Shown: positions 19,944-31,971, numbered from the stretch's first letter. The stretch is 64,000 nt of DNA from an uncultured Verrucomicrobiae bacterium (GCA_963707025.1 CAVPOM010000005.1:576001-640000), one strand, 5' to 3'. Made by a program: numbers and translations. Notes: generated by a model from the sequence alone, not told the origin.

Positions 19944-22041
19944 ATGAAAACGTCCTGTTCCCTACTGTTTCTCTTTGCTGCGTTCGCCAGCGGGGCTCAA
20001 ACGCCCGGCTCCAGCCAGCCTGTCACTGCCACCATTGATGCCTCGAAGATCGGGCCGCCGATTTCTCCCTATGTTTACGGTCAGTTTCTCGAGCACGGCG
20101 GCAACCTTATTTACAACAGCCTTTGGTGCGAGATGCTCGATGACCGCAAGTTCTATTACGCCGTCGGGCCCGCCCCCGCAGGAGGCCCCAACCTTGGCCG
20201 GGGCGGTTTCGGAGCGAATCGCGGCCGCGGACGCGGCGGTCGTGGCGGGGCCGGCCCGGGACGCTGGAATCCTATAGGCCCCGTGGATTCTGTCGTAATG
20301 GACACCAACAAACCGTTCGTTGGGGACCACACGCCTTTGATCAAACTTGCGGGCACTGAGCCGCGCGGCATACGGCAGACCGGTCTCAACTTCCTTCAAG
20401 CCGCCACCTACAACGGCCGCATCCAGTTGGCCGGCGATCCCGCCGCGAAAGTTTCCATCAACATCGTTTGGGGCACTAACGCTGATTCGGGTGACGCGGG
20501 TCTGACCATATCAACCATGCAGTTGGACAAAAACTACAGGAAATTCACTTTCTCTTTCAAATCTGATAAATCAGGCCCTGCCCGTTTTGAGATCGCCGGC
20601 ACCGGCACCGGTTCATTCCATGTCGGCGCGGTGTCACTTATGCCCGCCGATAATCTCGAAGGATTCAAACCCGATGCCATCGCTGCGCTCAGGAGTCTTC
20701 GCTCTGGTGTTTATCGTTTCCCTGGCGGCAATTTCGTTTCCGCACACGAATGGCACTATGCGATTGGCGACCCAGACAAACGTCCGCCGATCTATGACCC
20801 AGTTTGGCGTGCGCTGCAACCCAACGACATCGGCACTGACGAGTTTATGACGATGTGCAAACTCCTCGGTGTCGAGCCATATATCACCGTCAATGCCGGC
20901 ACCGGCGATGACTGGTCCGCCGCTGAATACGTCGAATACTGCAACAGTGATGTCTCCACACCGATGGGCAAACAGCGCGCGGCCAACGGGCATCCCGAAC
21001 CTTATCACGTAAGGTTCTGGGGCATCGGCAACGAAATGTGGGGGATCACTTACCAGTATGGCGCGATGAGGCTCAACCAGTTTGCGTATAAGCACAACCA
21101 GTTCGCCAAGGCCATGAAGGGAGTGGACCCGACCATAAAACTAATCGCCTGCGGCGCCATGCCGGACACGATGACTGGTTCCAAGGAAGCGTTGAGCCTG
21201 GGCACCAATCTGGTGCCGGCTTACCTCTCATCGGCTGACTGGACCGGCGGCCTGCTTTCCAATTGCTTCGACAACATTGATCTGCTCAGTGATCACTTCT
21301 ACAACTACGGTGCCACGCACTTCAGCCTCGCGGAAGGCCGCCAGGTGCAGAACGATCCCAACGAACCGATCACCGACTGGATGCGCCGGCCAGGCCAACC
21401 ATATCCGCATCAAATACGAGGAATACAAGGAATACGAGAAGTTGATCCCGGCACTCGTCACTCATCCGAAACCGCTCAACATTGACGAGTGGGCTTACAG
21501 CGGCAGCACTCACCCCGTTTATCCCTCCTATGCGTGGGTTTTCCATGAGATGTTCCGGCACACGGATGTTTTCCAAATGGCGGCTTACACTTTTGCCACG
21601 TCGCTTCTTTCCCGCAACGGAACCAACGCCTCGCTCAACGCCAACGGCCTCGTTTTCAAACTCTATCGCGATCACTTTGGCTCCATCCCGGTTGATGTCT
21701 CCGGCAACTCGCCCCAGCCCAAACCGACCGACCCACCCGGTGGCGAGCAGCCCGTCGTCAACGCCGGCAGCGATACCTTCCCGCTCGATGTTGTCGCCGC
21801 GTGGACCGAAGACCGCCGCACGCTCACGGTGGCCGTCCTGAATCCCACCGAGGTCGTTCAACCGCTCAAGCTCAATATCGCCGGCGCTGCGTTGTCGGGC
21901 AAGGGCACGGTGTGTCGGCTTGCCTCCGCTGACAATACCGGCCAAAACCCCGGCATCAGCAATTCCCCCATTGATTCCGTCCCCGATTCCCTCTCCTTTC
22001 CACCCTTCAGCGTCAGCATTTTCGATCTTCCTGTGAGATAG
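19944..22041 (+). CDS. GH51 alpha-L-arabinofuranosidase, frameshifted near 21393
   Basis: ISPYVYGQFLEH, RFPGGNF, GTDEF, WGIGNEMWG, IDEW across two ORFs. Confidence 0.88.
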
Positions 22042-22089
22042 CGAGGCGTTTGTACGATTCAGAACTAGCAACATGACGACAGCACAAAA

Positions 22090-24932
22090 ATGAAAAATCT
22101 AATTGCAAATCCGCCGTTCGATCGCATGGAAACCCCCTTAGTGCGCCGCGAGGCTCAACTCCGTGCCGGGAGACCTCGAAGCACTTTGCCGAGTTTTGGA
22201 AGTCTTCCCCTGTCACTGGCCGTGGGAACACTGGCGTGGCTCGCGTCCTCATGGCTTGGCGCGCCGACGGCCTTTGCGGCTGATGAGATCTGCGCCTCTT
22301 GCGGCCAGCAGGTGAGCATCAGCGGAGACTTCGCGCATCGCAAGGACCGCGGGTCTGTCACAGTCGAGGGCGCGACCGATGCGGCGGCATTTCGCGAAGA
22401 GATCAACGGCAGCAATTTCACCGTCACCATCGAGCATTTGCCCGCGGGCAAGTACACCGATTTCCATCGGCGAAGCGGAAACATCGGCGGGCGCAGCCAG
22501 GCGAAAGGGTGTTCGATGTGACTTCGGGTGACGCTTCGCTGGCCCGGGACTTCGACATCTTTGGCACGGCCGGCGGTGTGCGGAAAGTCTGTTACATCAA
22601 TGGCACGGTCGAGCATGAGGACGACTCGATCAAGGGACCGCTGAAGATTTCATTTGCGGCGAGCCAGGGCGCCGCGAAATTCAACACATTCGAGATAAAG
22701 AATTCCTCGGGCGCCTCTGTCGTTGCGTTCAGCGCTTCGGAAATGGCGGAACCTTTCACCGCCGCCGCCATGCATGTGCCGGAAATAAACGAGCCGGCCA
22801 TCTGGAAAGACCCATCGAAGCCATTGCAAGCGCGTGCGGATGATTTGATCCGCCGGATGTCGCTGGCCGAAAAGGTGGCGCAGTTGCAGAACGGGGCGCC
22901 GGGCATTCCGAGAATTGGGCTTCCGGCTTATAATTACTGGAACGAAGCGTTGCATGGCGTGGCGAACGACGGCATCGCCACCGTGTTCCCGGAGCCGGTC
23001 GGCATGGCCTCCACCTGGAATCCGGAATTGCTGCATCAGGAAGGACACGTCGTAGGCGTTGAAGGCCGTGCGAAATTCAACGATTACATCGCCAAACATA
23101 ATGGCGACTCCAAATGGTGGACGGGGCTGACGTTCTGGACGCCGAACATCAACATTTTCCGCGACCCGCGCTGGGGCCGCGGCCAGGAAACCTACGGAGA
23201 AGATCCGTATCTTACGGGCGCCATCGGTGTGGAGTTCGTCAAAGGAGTCCAAGGGGACGACCCCAATTATATGCTGGCGATGGCTTGCGCCAAACATTAC
23301 GCGGTCCACAGCGGCCCGGAAGCGGAGCGGCATCGTTTCGATGCCCAGCCGTCGGAGCGCGATTTGTACGAGATCTACCTTCCGCAGTTTGAGCGGGTGG
23401 TGCGCGAGGGGCACGTCGGCGGCGTCATGGGAGCCTACAGCGCGCTGAATGGCGTGCCTTGCTGCGCCAGCTCTTTCCTGCTCGACGACCTGTTGCGCAA
23501 GCAATGGGGATTTGACGGTTACGTCGTCTCGGATTGCGACGCGATCCATGACATCTGGGGCGCGCAGCAGCATCATTATGTGAGCACGTCCGAAGAGGCC
23601 GCGGCCGCCGCAGTAAAGGCTGGCTGCAATCTCTGTTGCGGCGGAGATTACAACGCTTTGGTGCGGGCAGCGCAAAAAGGATTGATCACGGAAAAGGAAA
23701 TTGATCGAGCATTGTATTACACCTTGTGGACCCGCTTCCGGCTCGGCTTGTTTGATCCGGCGGAAAGGGTTCCTTATTCGAAAATCACCATTAGCGACAA
23801 CGATAAGCCCGAGCACCGCCAGCTTGCTCTGCAAATCGCGCGGCAATCGTTGGTGTTGCTCAAGAATGACGGCATCCTCCCGCTCAACCGGGCAAAGATC
23901 AAGCATATCGCTGTTATCGGCCCCAATGCCGATTCGGTGGGGGTGCTGCAGGGCAATTACAACGGCTCGGCGTCGCATCCGGTGAAGATTTTGAATGGCA
24001 TCAAGGAACTGGCCGGGACGAACATTGATGTGACCTATGCCCAGGGCAGTCCGCTGACCACTGAAGCCGGTCGTGGGCGGGGTTTTGGCGGCCGGGGGGC
24101 CTCCGCCCCGTCCCGTCCGCTTCCGGAACTTCAGGCGCAAGCCATGAGCAACGCGGCCAATGCCGACATCGTCATCTACGTCGGCGGCATCAGCCCCCAG
24201 CTCGAAGGCGAGCAACACGACCGCACCAGCATTGAGTTGCCCAAGGTGCAAGAGGATCTGGTGCGCGCGCTTTACAAGACCGGCAAGCCGCTCATCATGG
24301 TTAATGGCAGTGGTTCCGCCATTGCCCTGCCGTGGGAAGCCGAGCACCTGCCCGCGATTCTTCAGGCCTGGTATCCGGGCGAGGAAGGCGGACGCGCGGT
24401 TGGCGAGGTTCTATTCGGCGAGGTGAATCCCTCCGGCCACCTCCCGTTGACATTCTACCGGGCCACTGGGGACCTGCCGGGCTTCACGGATTACTCAATG
24501 GCCAATCGCACCTACCGCTACTTCAGCGGCACTCCTTTATTCGCGTTCGGCCACGGCCTGAGCTACACAAAGTTCGATTTCAAGAGCGGCAAGCTGGAGT
24601 CGAAGAAAATCCCGGCCGGCGGCACGGCGAAAGTGACGTTCACGGTGAGGAATTCCGGCAAACGCGATGGCGACGAAGTGGCGCAGGTTTATTTCCGCCA
24701 CGTCAAATCCGCGGTTCCGCAGCCGAAGCTTGCGCTGTGCGGTTTCACCCGCGTGCAACTGAAACACGGCGAATCAACCCGAATGACGGTCGAAGTTCCC
24801 GCCCAACGGCTGCGCTACTGGGACACGCAGAAAAAGCAGTATGTGGTTGAGCCGGGTGACTATGAAATTTTCATCGGCGCGGCATCCGACGACATCCGGC
24901 TGAAATTACCCATGACAATCACCGCCCGGTGA
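22090..24932 (+). CDS. GH3 beta-xylosidase/glucosidase with N-terminal malectin-like region, two +1 indels near 22459 and 22490
   Basis: WNEALHG, WTPNINIFRDPRWGRGQETYGEDP, ACAKHY, YVVSDC, WYPGEEGG, Fn3-like tail. Confidence 0.9.
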
Positions 24933-24969
24933 AACGAGAAAACAACAAGAACAACAACAAAAAACAACT

Positions 24970-25599
24970 ATGCGAAACATTCTTACTCAAACACTGACGG
25001 TCTGTGCAACCGCTTGCGCTTTGACCTTCGTGACCGGCTGCCAGAGCAACGATCATGGCTCCGCGCAGGCTTCGGCGCAACCCGCGCCGGCTGTGGCAAC
25101 GCCTCCGGCAAGGCCCTCCGCTGCGCCCGCTCCAGCGGCAACGCAGTCGGTTGTCCGCATTAAAGCCGGCGTGTCAGAGCCGTTCACCGATTCCAGCGGC
25201 AACGTCTGGCAACCCGAACAGGGGTTTGACGGCGGGAGCGTGATTTCACGCGATGCGGGCACAGCCGTTGCCAACACCAAAGACGCCGCGCTTTATCTGT
25301 CGGAACATTACGGGATGAGCTCCTTTTCCTGCAGTGTTCCCAACGGCAAATACATTGCCAAACTTCACTTCGCCGAAACCTTTGAGGGCGTCACCGGCGC
25401 AGGCGAGCGCGTTTTCTCCTTCAATGTCCAAGGGCACGAGTTCAAGGATTTTGATGTTTTTGTCAAGGCCGGCGGTTCAAACCGTGCCTACATCGAAACC
25501 GTCCCGGTGGAGGTCACCAACGGGAAATTTACAATTGTCTTCACCAGCAACATCGAGAATCCCGAAATCAACGCGATCGAGCTTATTCCGCAGAAGTAA
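24970..25599 (+). CDS. Malectin-domain lipoprotein
   Basis: Lipobox VTG-C, Pro/Ala linker, PNGKY.AKLHFAETF....[11 protein letters not shown]....DFDV...AGG. Confidence 0.85.
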   Translation: MRNILTQTLTVCATACALTFVTGCQSNDHGSAQASAQPAPAVATPPARPSAAPAPAATQSVVRIKAGVSEPFTDSSGNVWQPEQGFDGGSVISRDAGTAVANTKDAALYLSEHYGMSSFSCSVPNGKYIAKLHFAETFEGVTGAGERVFSFNVQGHEFKDFDVFVKAGGSNRAYIETVPVEVTNGKFTIVFTSNIENPEINAIELIPQK

Positions 25600-25849
25600 T
25601 GGCTGTTTACCTGCCTTGCGCCCATGACAATAAAGGCGATTCCCACTTTGTTATTCGCTGGCGCGGAGCTGACCGGCGAACGGAGATCGCGTGATCTTTT
25701 AACACACCAAGACGTCAGCACGTTGGCGGAGAATGCTATTCGAGGGCGTGTTCCGCGCCGCGTCGGGCCGTACCGTGAGTTGCCTCCAGAATCCGCGCGC
25801 GAATGAAACGACCGAACGGAGCCGTTGCGGCGATCACGAGTCCGATGCA

Positions 25850-27841
25850 ATGACTAAAAACCAGAAACTGAATATGAGAAAAGTAAATCAAGCTCAATTG
25901 GCCACCTTGGTGCTTGGCTGCTCGCTGGCAACGGCGATGGCGCAAACCAACTCACTGCAACTGCCGATTGCCAAAGGCCCGTTTGTCGGGACGATGGATT
26001 CGCTCACCAATTACGCCTGCCCGGAGTGGTTTCGCGATGCGAAGTTCGGCATTTGGGCGCATTGGGGACCGCAGGCGGTGCCGATGGAGGGCGACTGGTA
26101 TGCCCGCAAGATGTATCAGCAAGGCCAGTCCGACTACAACGATCATCTCCAGCGTTGGGGCCATCCGTCCACCAACGGCTGGAAGGACATCATCCCGCTC
26201 TGGAAAGCGGAGAAGTGGGACCCGGAGAAATTGATCGAACTCTACAAGAAAGCCGGCGCGCACTATTTCGTCAGCATGGGCTCGCACCACGACAACTTCT
26301 TTTTGTGGAACTCGAAACTGCACCGTTGGAATTCGGTGCAAATGGGGCCGCACCGCGACGTCGTCGGCGAATGGCAGAAGGCGGCTAAGAAGAACGGGCT
26401 GCGCTTCGGCGTGTCCGAACATCTGGGGGCGAGCTTCACCTGGTTTCAGGACGCCCACAAGTCCGACAGGACGGGACCGTTGGCCGGCGTGCCTTACGAC
26501 GGCGCCAACTCCAATTACTGGGACCTCTACCATTTTCCCGCAGACCCTGGTGACACCGGCTGGTATTCCAAAAACCCCCGCTGGCAGCAGGAGTGGTTCA
26601 ACGAAATCGAGGAACTGGTGGACAACTACAAGCCCGACCTGCTTTACACCGATGGCGGAGTGGCTTTCGGCAACACAGTCGGTTTGAGCCAGATCGCGAA
26701 TTTTTACAATGTCAACTCTGCCACCCACCGCGGCAAATCCCAGGCCGTCTATACCTGCAAACAACCCTCCAACGGACGCTGGGTGCAAGACTACGAACGC
26801 GGCGTCAACGGCGGCATCAGCCCGTATCCGTGGCAGACGGACACCTCCATCGGCGACTGGTTCTACAACAAGAACTGGAAATACCAGCCATTGAGCTGGA
26901 CTGTCCACATGCTCGTGGACATCGTCAGCAAAAATGGAAATCTCCTGCTCAACGTCGTCCTGCGCCCCGACGGCACGCTGGATCCCGAAGTGGAAACGAT
27001 GCTCCATCAAATGGCCGACTGGACGGCAGTAAACGGCGAGGCAATTTACGGCACGCGTCCCTGGCTGGTGTATGGCGAAGGCTCGGTGCAAGCCCGAGGT
27101 GGCGCATTCCGGGAGAACATGACATACACGGCTAAAGACATCCGCTTCACCACCAAAGACAAAACGCTCTACGCCATTGCGCTCGGTTGGCCGGACGATG
27201 GCAAAATCCTTATCAAATCACTGGCCAGGACTGCTGACCCGGTGCAGAACAAAATCAAGAAAGTTGAATTGCTTGGCTATAAGGGCAAGCTGAATTTCGA
27301 ACAGACGCCAGATGGACTGGCGGTGGAATTGCCGAGCGAGAAATTGAGCGACCTCACCTGCGCGTTGCGCATCACCGGCGGCAACTTGCAGCCGGCGCCA
27401 TTGGCGAACACTTCGACGCTGGTAACGCCGGATTCCATGGGTCGGCTTGTTTTCACCGCTGCCGCCGCCACGCTGCACGGCACAAAGTTGCAACTGGAAG
27501 AGCAGGGCGGCAAACCAAACATCGGCTATTGGGACGATCCTGCCGAATGGGTTTCGTGGAAAGCGCGTTTTCTAAAAACAGGCATTTACAAAGTCAGCGC
27601 GACGATTGCCGCGGCGGACGGCGACGGAGCATGTGTCATAAGTATCAATGATGAAAGCCTTCCCGCCAAAGTGGCAAACACCGGCGGGTGGAGTCGGTTC
27701 TCGGATATCGATCCTGGCACCATCGAAGTCAAGCAGGCTGGCGAACTGACCGTGAGCGTTCGCGCCAAAGATGCGCCAAGCTGGAAGGCTATCAATCTCA
27801 ATTCCCTCCGCTTGGAACCTGTCAACGACGGCCGGCCATAA
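25850..27841 (+). CDS. GH29 alpha-L-fucosidase with C-terminal beta-sandwich domain (start 25850 or 25874)
   Basis: PEWFRDAKFGIWAHWGPQ, HHDNF, LLYTD, DIVSKNGNLLLN, NGEAIYGTRPW. Confidence 0.92.
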   Translation: MTKNQKLNMRKVNQAQLATLVLGCSLATAMAQTNSLQLPIAKGPFVGTMDSLTNYACPEWFRDAKFGIWAHWGPQAVPMEGDWYARKMYQQGQSDYNDHLQRWGHPSTNGWKDIIPLWKAEKWDPEKLIELYKKAGAHYFVSMGSHHDNFFLWNSKLHRWNSVQMGPHRDVVGEWQKAAKKNGLRFGVSEHLGASFTWFQDAHKSDRTGPLAGVPYDGANSNYWDLYHFPADPGDTGWYSKNPRWQQEWFNEIEELVDNYKPDLLYTDGGVAFGNTVGLSQIANFYNVNSATHRGKSQAVYTCKQPSNGRWVQDYERGVNGGISPYPWQTDTSIGDWFYNKNWKYQPLSWTVHMLVDIVSKNGNLLLNVVLRPDGTLDPEVETMLHQMADWTAVNGEAIYGTRPWLVYGEGSVQARGGAFRENMTYTAKDIRFTTKDKTLYAIALGWPDDGKILIKSLARTADPVQNKIKKVELLGYKGKLNFEQTPDGLAVELPSEKLSDLTCALRITGGNLQPAPLANTSTLVTPDSMGRLVFTAAAATLHGTKLQLEEQGGKPNIGYWDDPAEWVSWKARFLKTGIYKVSATIAAADGDGACVISINDESLPAKVANTGGWSRFSDIDPGTIEVKQAGELTVSVRAKDAPSWKAINLNSLRLEPVNDGRP

Positions 27842-27952
27842 CCAATGATCAACGCCATGAGACCTGTCCTTGAGCTAGGACGTCGGCGGCCACCGAGTTG
27901 GCGGCTGGAATCCACGAGAAGGTGAGGAGCCAGAAGCAAGAGCCAATTCGTT

Positions 27953-30334
27953 ATGAGAAAACGTCTGTCCTTTACCTTGATCGTTGGAGTTTTGGCCATG
28001 ACCTTTGCACCCGCGCGGGCTGCGATTACGGCATCGAAGAAGTTGCCCGATGGCGCGCAATTCACCGTTGATGGCGGCACGCTGAGTGTTCAGTTCTGGT
28101 CGCCGGACATTGTCCGGGTCACCGCCGCCGCCGCGGAACTTCCGGCGCTCAAGAGTCTCTCCGTTGTCGCAAGCCCGGCCGCGGTTCATTTGAAACGCGA
28201 CGAAAACGGCCAGGCGTTCACCCTGTCATCACCAAGCGTTAAAGTGAGAATTGAAAAGCAGACTGGCGCAGTGAGTTTTCTCGACGCTACCGGTCACGTT
28301 CTGCTTCGAGAAGCGGCGGATGGTCGCAAGTTCCAGCCTGCCACGATAGCGGGCGCTTCCGTCACTTCGTGCGCGCAGTCTTTCGAGACGGCGCCGGATG
28401 AAGGCATTTACGGCCTTGGCCAGCATCAGCGCGGCGCGTGGAACTATAACAGTGGTGGCAGCGTCAGGCTCGCGCAGGCAAATATGGACGTGGGCGTTCC
28501 GGTGATCACATCGAGCAAGGGCTACATGCTCCTTTGGGACAATCCCGCCGTGACGACCATTACATCGAGCACGGCTGATCCCAACCCCAGCCCGAAAGTG
28601 CTGCGCTGGTCATCGGAATTTGGCAAAGCCATTGACTACTACTTCTGCTATGGCGACGGGACCATTGCGACGGCCATGAAAGCCTACCGCCATCTGACCG
28701 GCGATGCTCCGCTGATGCCCAAGTGGGAGTTGGGCTTCTGGCAGTGCAAGGAGCGTTACGCGTCCCAGGACGAATTGCTCGGTGTGGCAAGAAAGTTGCG
28801 TGAACTCAAAGTCCCCGTGGATGGGATTATTCAGGACTGGCAGTACTGGCCGCCCGGCACCAACACCTGGGGCTCGCACCAGTTCGACCCGGCGCGCTAC
28901 CCGGACCCGGCGGGTATGTTCAAGGAACTGCACGGCATGAACTACCACACGCTCATTTCCGTCTGGGCGAAATTCGACCTTGGCAGTGACAACAGCAAGG
29001 AACTCAATGCCGTCGGGGGCATGTTCCCGCAGATCACGCGCTATGTCTTTCCACCCGGCCAGGGGCAATGGTACGATCCTTTCAGCGCCAAGGGCCGGGA
29101 GACGTATTGGCGGCAGATGCGCGATCAACTCTTCGCCAAGGGCGTTGACGGCTGGTGGCTGGACGCGCCCGAGCCGGAAATCAACGGCATGGGTTTCCGC
29201 TCCTACACTACCCCCATGGGGCCGGGCTACGAGGTTTATAACGCCTATCCACTGATGCACTCGACTGGCATCTATCAGGGGCAGCGAGCCACAACCGATG
29301 CAAAACGCGTCGTCATTCTCACGCGATCGGCCTACGCCGGCCAGCAGCGCAACAGCGCGATCACCTGGTCGGGCGACATCCAAGGGACCTGGCAGGTTCT
29401 CCGCAATCAAATCCCCGCCGGGCTGAACTTCTCCCTTTCCGGCATCCCTTATTGGAACACCGATACCGGCGGCTTCTTCAACAACCGCGAAACCGGCAAC
29501 GGCAATCCCAACAACCCGCAATTTCAGGAGTTCTTCGCCCGCTGGTTCCAGTTCAGTTCCTTCTGCCCCATGTTTCGCGTTCACAGTTCCTCCGGCCTCA
29601 ACCCGGGCCGGGAATTCTATCGGTTCGACGAGAAGACTCAAGGGATCCTGCGGACGTATCTGGACTTGCGCTACCGTCTCCTGCCTTACCTCTACTCGGT
29701 GACTTGGCAAGTGACGACCAACGGCAGCACCTTCATGCGGCCGTTGGTTATGGATTTTCCTAAGGACCCGCAAGTGTTGGGCATCGGCGACCAGTATTTT
29801 TTTGGCCCGTCCATCATGGTGACTCCCGTCACCACTGCCGGGGCGACGACGCGGTCCGTTTATCTGCCAGCCAGCGGCGCCCCGTGGTACAACTTTTGGA
29901 CCGGCGAATCTTCCCCCGCCGGCCAGCGCGTCGAGGCCGCGGCCCCCGTCCAAACCCTGCCGCTGTTCGTCCGACCAGGTTCGATCATTCCCATGGGGCC
30001 GTTCCTTCAGTATTCCAGCGAGAAACCCGCCGATCCCCTTGAACTTCGCGTTTACCCCGGCGCCAATGGCTCTTTCACCCTCTACGAGGATGAAGGCGAC
30101 AGCTACAACTATGAAAAAGGAAAAAACGCCACGATTCCCATTTTCTGGAACGATGCCAAGCACACCTTGGAAATTGGGAAGCGCAAGGGCGAATTCCCCG
30201 GCATGTTGAAAGAACGCACGTTCAACATCGTTTGGATTTCAGAAAACCGCGGGGCGGGAATTCCTTCCACTGAAAAGCCAGATGCCGTGATCCATTACAA
30301 AGGCGATGCCGTAAGAATTTCCGGACCGCAATGA
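27953..30334 (+). CDS. GH31 alpha-xylosidase-like
   Basis: GIIQDWQYW, GVDGWWLDAPEPE nucleophile motif, WSGDI, PYWNTDTGGF, FTLYEDEGDSYNYE. Confidence 0.9.
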   Translation: MRKRLSFTLIVGVLAMTFAPARAAITASKKLPDGAQFTVDGGTLSVQFWSPDIVRVTAAAAELPALKSLSVVASPAAVHLKRDENGQAFTLSSPSVKVRIEKQTGAVSFLDATGHVLLREAADGRKFQPATIAGASVTSCAQSFETAPDEGIYGLGQHQRGAWNYNSGGSVRLAQANMDVGVPVITSSKGYMLLWDNPAVTTITSSTADPNPSPKVLRWSSEFGKAIDYYFCYGDGTIATAMKAYRHLTGDAPLMPKWELGFWQCKERYASQDELLGVARKLRELKVPVDGIIQDWQYWPPGTNTWGSHQFDPARYPDPAGMFKELHGMNYHTLISVWAKFDLGSDNSKELNAVGGMFPQITRYVFPPGQGQWYDPFSAKGRETYWRQMRDQLFAKGVDGWWLDAPEPEINGMGFRSYTTPMGPGYEVYNAYPLMHSTGIYQGQRATTDAKRVVILTRSAYAGQQRNSAITWSGDIQGTWQVLRNQIPAGLNFSLSGIPYWNTDTGGFFNNRETGNGNPNNPQFQEFFARWFQFSSFCPMFRVHSSSGLNPGREFYRFDEKTQGILRTYLDLRYRLLPYLYSVTWQVTTNGSTFMRPLVMDFPKDPQVLGIGDQYFFGPSIMVTPVTTAGATTRSVYLPASGAPWYNFWTGESSPAGQRVEAAAPVQTLPLFVRPGSIIPMGPFLQYSSEKPADPLELRVYPGANGSFTLYEDEGDSYNYEKGKNATIPIFWNDAKHTLEIGKRKGEFPGMLKERTFNIVWISENRGAGIPSTEKPDAVIHYKGDAVRISGPQ

Positions 30335-30338
30335 CTCT

Positions 30339-30470
30339 AGCATGGCCAGTGCAACCGATGGCGGCGAGATCGAGCTTCGGCACGACAGTCTGTCTGGGGA
30401 AATTGGGCGGAACTCTCGAAGCAAAGCCTTTCGGTGACCTGGTCAAACGGGAGAAGCAATCGTGCGCCGC
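30339..30470 (+). pseudogene. Degenerate CBM6 fragment paralogous to the downstream GH43 (33100-33232)
   Basis: First 48 nt match 33100 onward at 40/48 positions; reads SMASATDGGEIELRHD...GTLEAKP...QSC. Confidence 0.7.
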
Positions 30471-30495
30471 GGCCGTAGTCCAAGCAAAAATGAAC

Positions 30496-31946
30496 CACAG
30501 CCATCCCACAGGAAATTGGAAAAAAGTGTTGGCTTGACCATTTGAACCTGCCACAAGGCAGGCATGAAAAACAAAAAAATCAAACCGACACGGTCCCGGT
30601 TTAACGTTTTGCGCCAGATTTGCAATCTCATTCCTGCGCATGAAGTCTCCAAAATAGCGCGGGAGACCGGGGCTCTGGATAAGTCGCGCACCTTCAGTCC
30701 GTGGAGTCACACGGTCAGTTTGCTGGACGCGCAACTCACCCATTGCATCGGACTCAACGATCTGTGCGACTCGCTGCAATTGCATTCCGGGCCGCTGTCC
30801 ACTTTGCGCGGCGCCAGCGCCCCCAGCCGCAACGGCCTCTCCCACGCCAACCGGGAGCGTCCGGCCCAGATGGCCGAACAACTCTTCTGGCGGGTCCTGG
30901 AGCATTTGAAAGCACAGACGCCCGGCTTTGCCGCGGGCCAGCGCCGTGGCCCCGCCTTCCGTTTCAAGATGCCCATCCATGTGATTGATAGCACGACCAT
31001 GGAACTGGTGGCCAACTGCCTGGACTGGGCCAAGCACCGCCGGCGCAAGGCCGCCGCCAAAACCCATATGCGGTTGAATCTGCAGAATCTTTTGCCCGGT
31101 TTTGTCATTGTGGACACTGCCGCCGAGCACGACAACCGACGGGCGCGGGAACTGTGCGCCGACTTGAAGAGCGGCGAAATCGCCTTGTTCGACAAGGGTT
31201 ATGTGGACTTCGGCCACTTGCGGGATTTGGACGGGCGCGGGGTCTTTTGGGTGACGCGGGCCAAGGAGAACATGGGCTATGAGGTGGTGCGGAAAATGCC
31301 CGCCTCCAGAGACCCGAAGATTTTGCGCGACGAAGTGATCGTCCTGAGCAACGAGAACAAACCCGCGCCGGAGTTGATGCGCCGGGTGGTGGCGCTGGTC
31401 GAGATTGATGGAGAGGAACGGGAAATGACCTTCCTGACCAACAACCTGGAGTGGAGTCCGCGCAGCGTGGCCGACCTTTACCGCTGCCGCTGGCAGATCG
31501 AAGTCTTCTTCAAACAAATCAAGCAGACCTTGCAGTTGGCGGATTTTCTGGGCCACAACGCCAACGCCGTGCGCTGGCAGGTGTGGACGGCGCTGTTGAC
31601 CTACGTGCTGTTGCGCTACCTCAGTCACCTCTCCAACTGGGCGCACAGCTTCACCCGGCTGTTCACGATTTTGCGGGCGGCGCTCTGGGAGAAATATGAT
31701 CTGCTCAATTTGCTGGCGTGCTATGGGACAGCAGGCGGCAGCTTTCGCCACTTGGCGCGGCCCGAGCAGGCGTATTTCCCCGGCTTCCAATAAAGCTATG
31801 GGACAGCACACGCGCCCAAACAGGCGCATACCAAACCCAAAAGCCAAACTCGGAAAAATCAAAATCTCATTTTACCCCGAAGACCAATTAAACCCTTGCA
31901 AATGAACAGGTCAGCACCAGACTTTTCCCCTTATGAGACGGGTGTG
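30496..31946 (+). mobile_element. IS4-family insertion sequence (1451 bp) with 9-bp target-site duplication
   Basis: TSD AAAATGAAC at 30487-30495 and 31947-31955; imperfect terminal IRs CACAGCCATCCCACAGG / CTTATGAGACGGGTGTG. Confidence 0.88.
30564..31793 (+). CDS. IS4-family DDE transposase
   Basis: IDSTT, FDKGY and LYRCRWQIEVFFKQIKQ (YREK) motifs. Confidence 0.95.
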   Translation: MKNKKIKPTRSRFNVLRQICNLIPAHEVSKIARETGALDKSRTFSPWSHTVSLLDAQLTHCIGLNDLCDSLQLHSGPLSTLRGASAPSRNGLSHANRERPAQMAEQLFWRVLEHLKAQTPGFAAGQRRGPAFRFKMPIHVIDSTTMELVANCLDWAKHRRRKAAAKTHMRLNLQNLLPGFVIVDTAAEHDNRRARELCADLKSGEIALFDKGYVDFGHLRDLDGRGVFWVTRAKENMGYEVVRKMPASRDPKILRDEVIVLSNENKPAPELMRRVVALVEIDGEEREMTFLTNNLEWSPRSVADLYRCRWQIEVFFKQIKQTLQLADFLGHNANAVRWQVWTALLTYVLLRYLSHLSNWAHSFTRLFTILRAALWEKYDLLNLLACYGTAGGSFRHLARPEQAYFPGFQ

Positions 31947-31971
31947 AAAATGAACAAATACTGACATAACT

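Noticed and set aside
14119..30163. Long antisense ORFs (e.g. 14119-15795, 16965-18602, 22650-24347, 28610-30163)
   Set aside because: They shadow well-supported genes on the opposite strand, as expected in GC-rich DNA; no motifs
31896..31923. Outward IS promoter TTGCAA-16-CAGACT
   Set aside because: Weak -10 match; not supportable without transcript data
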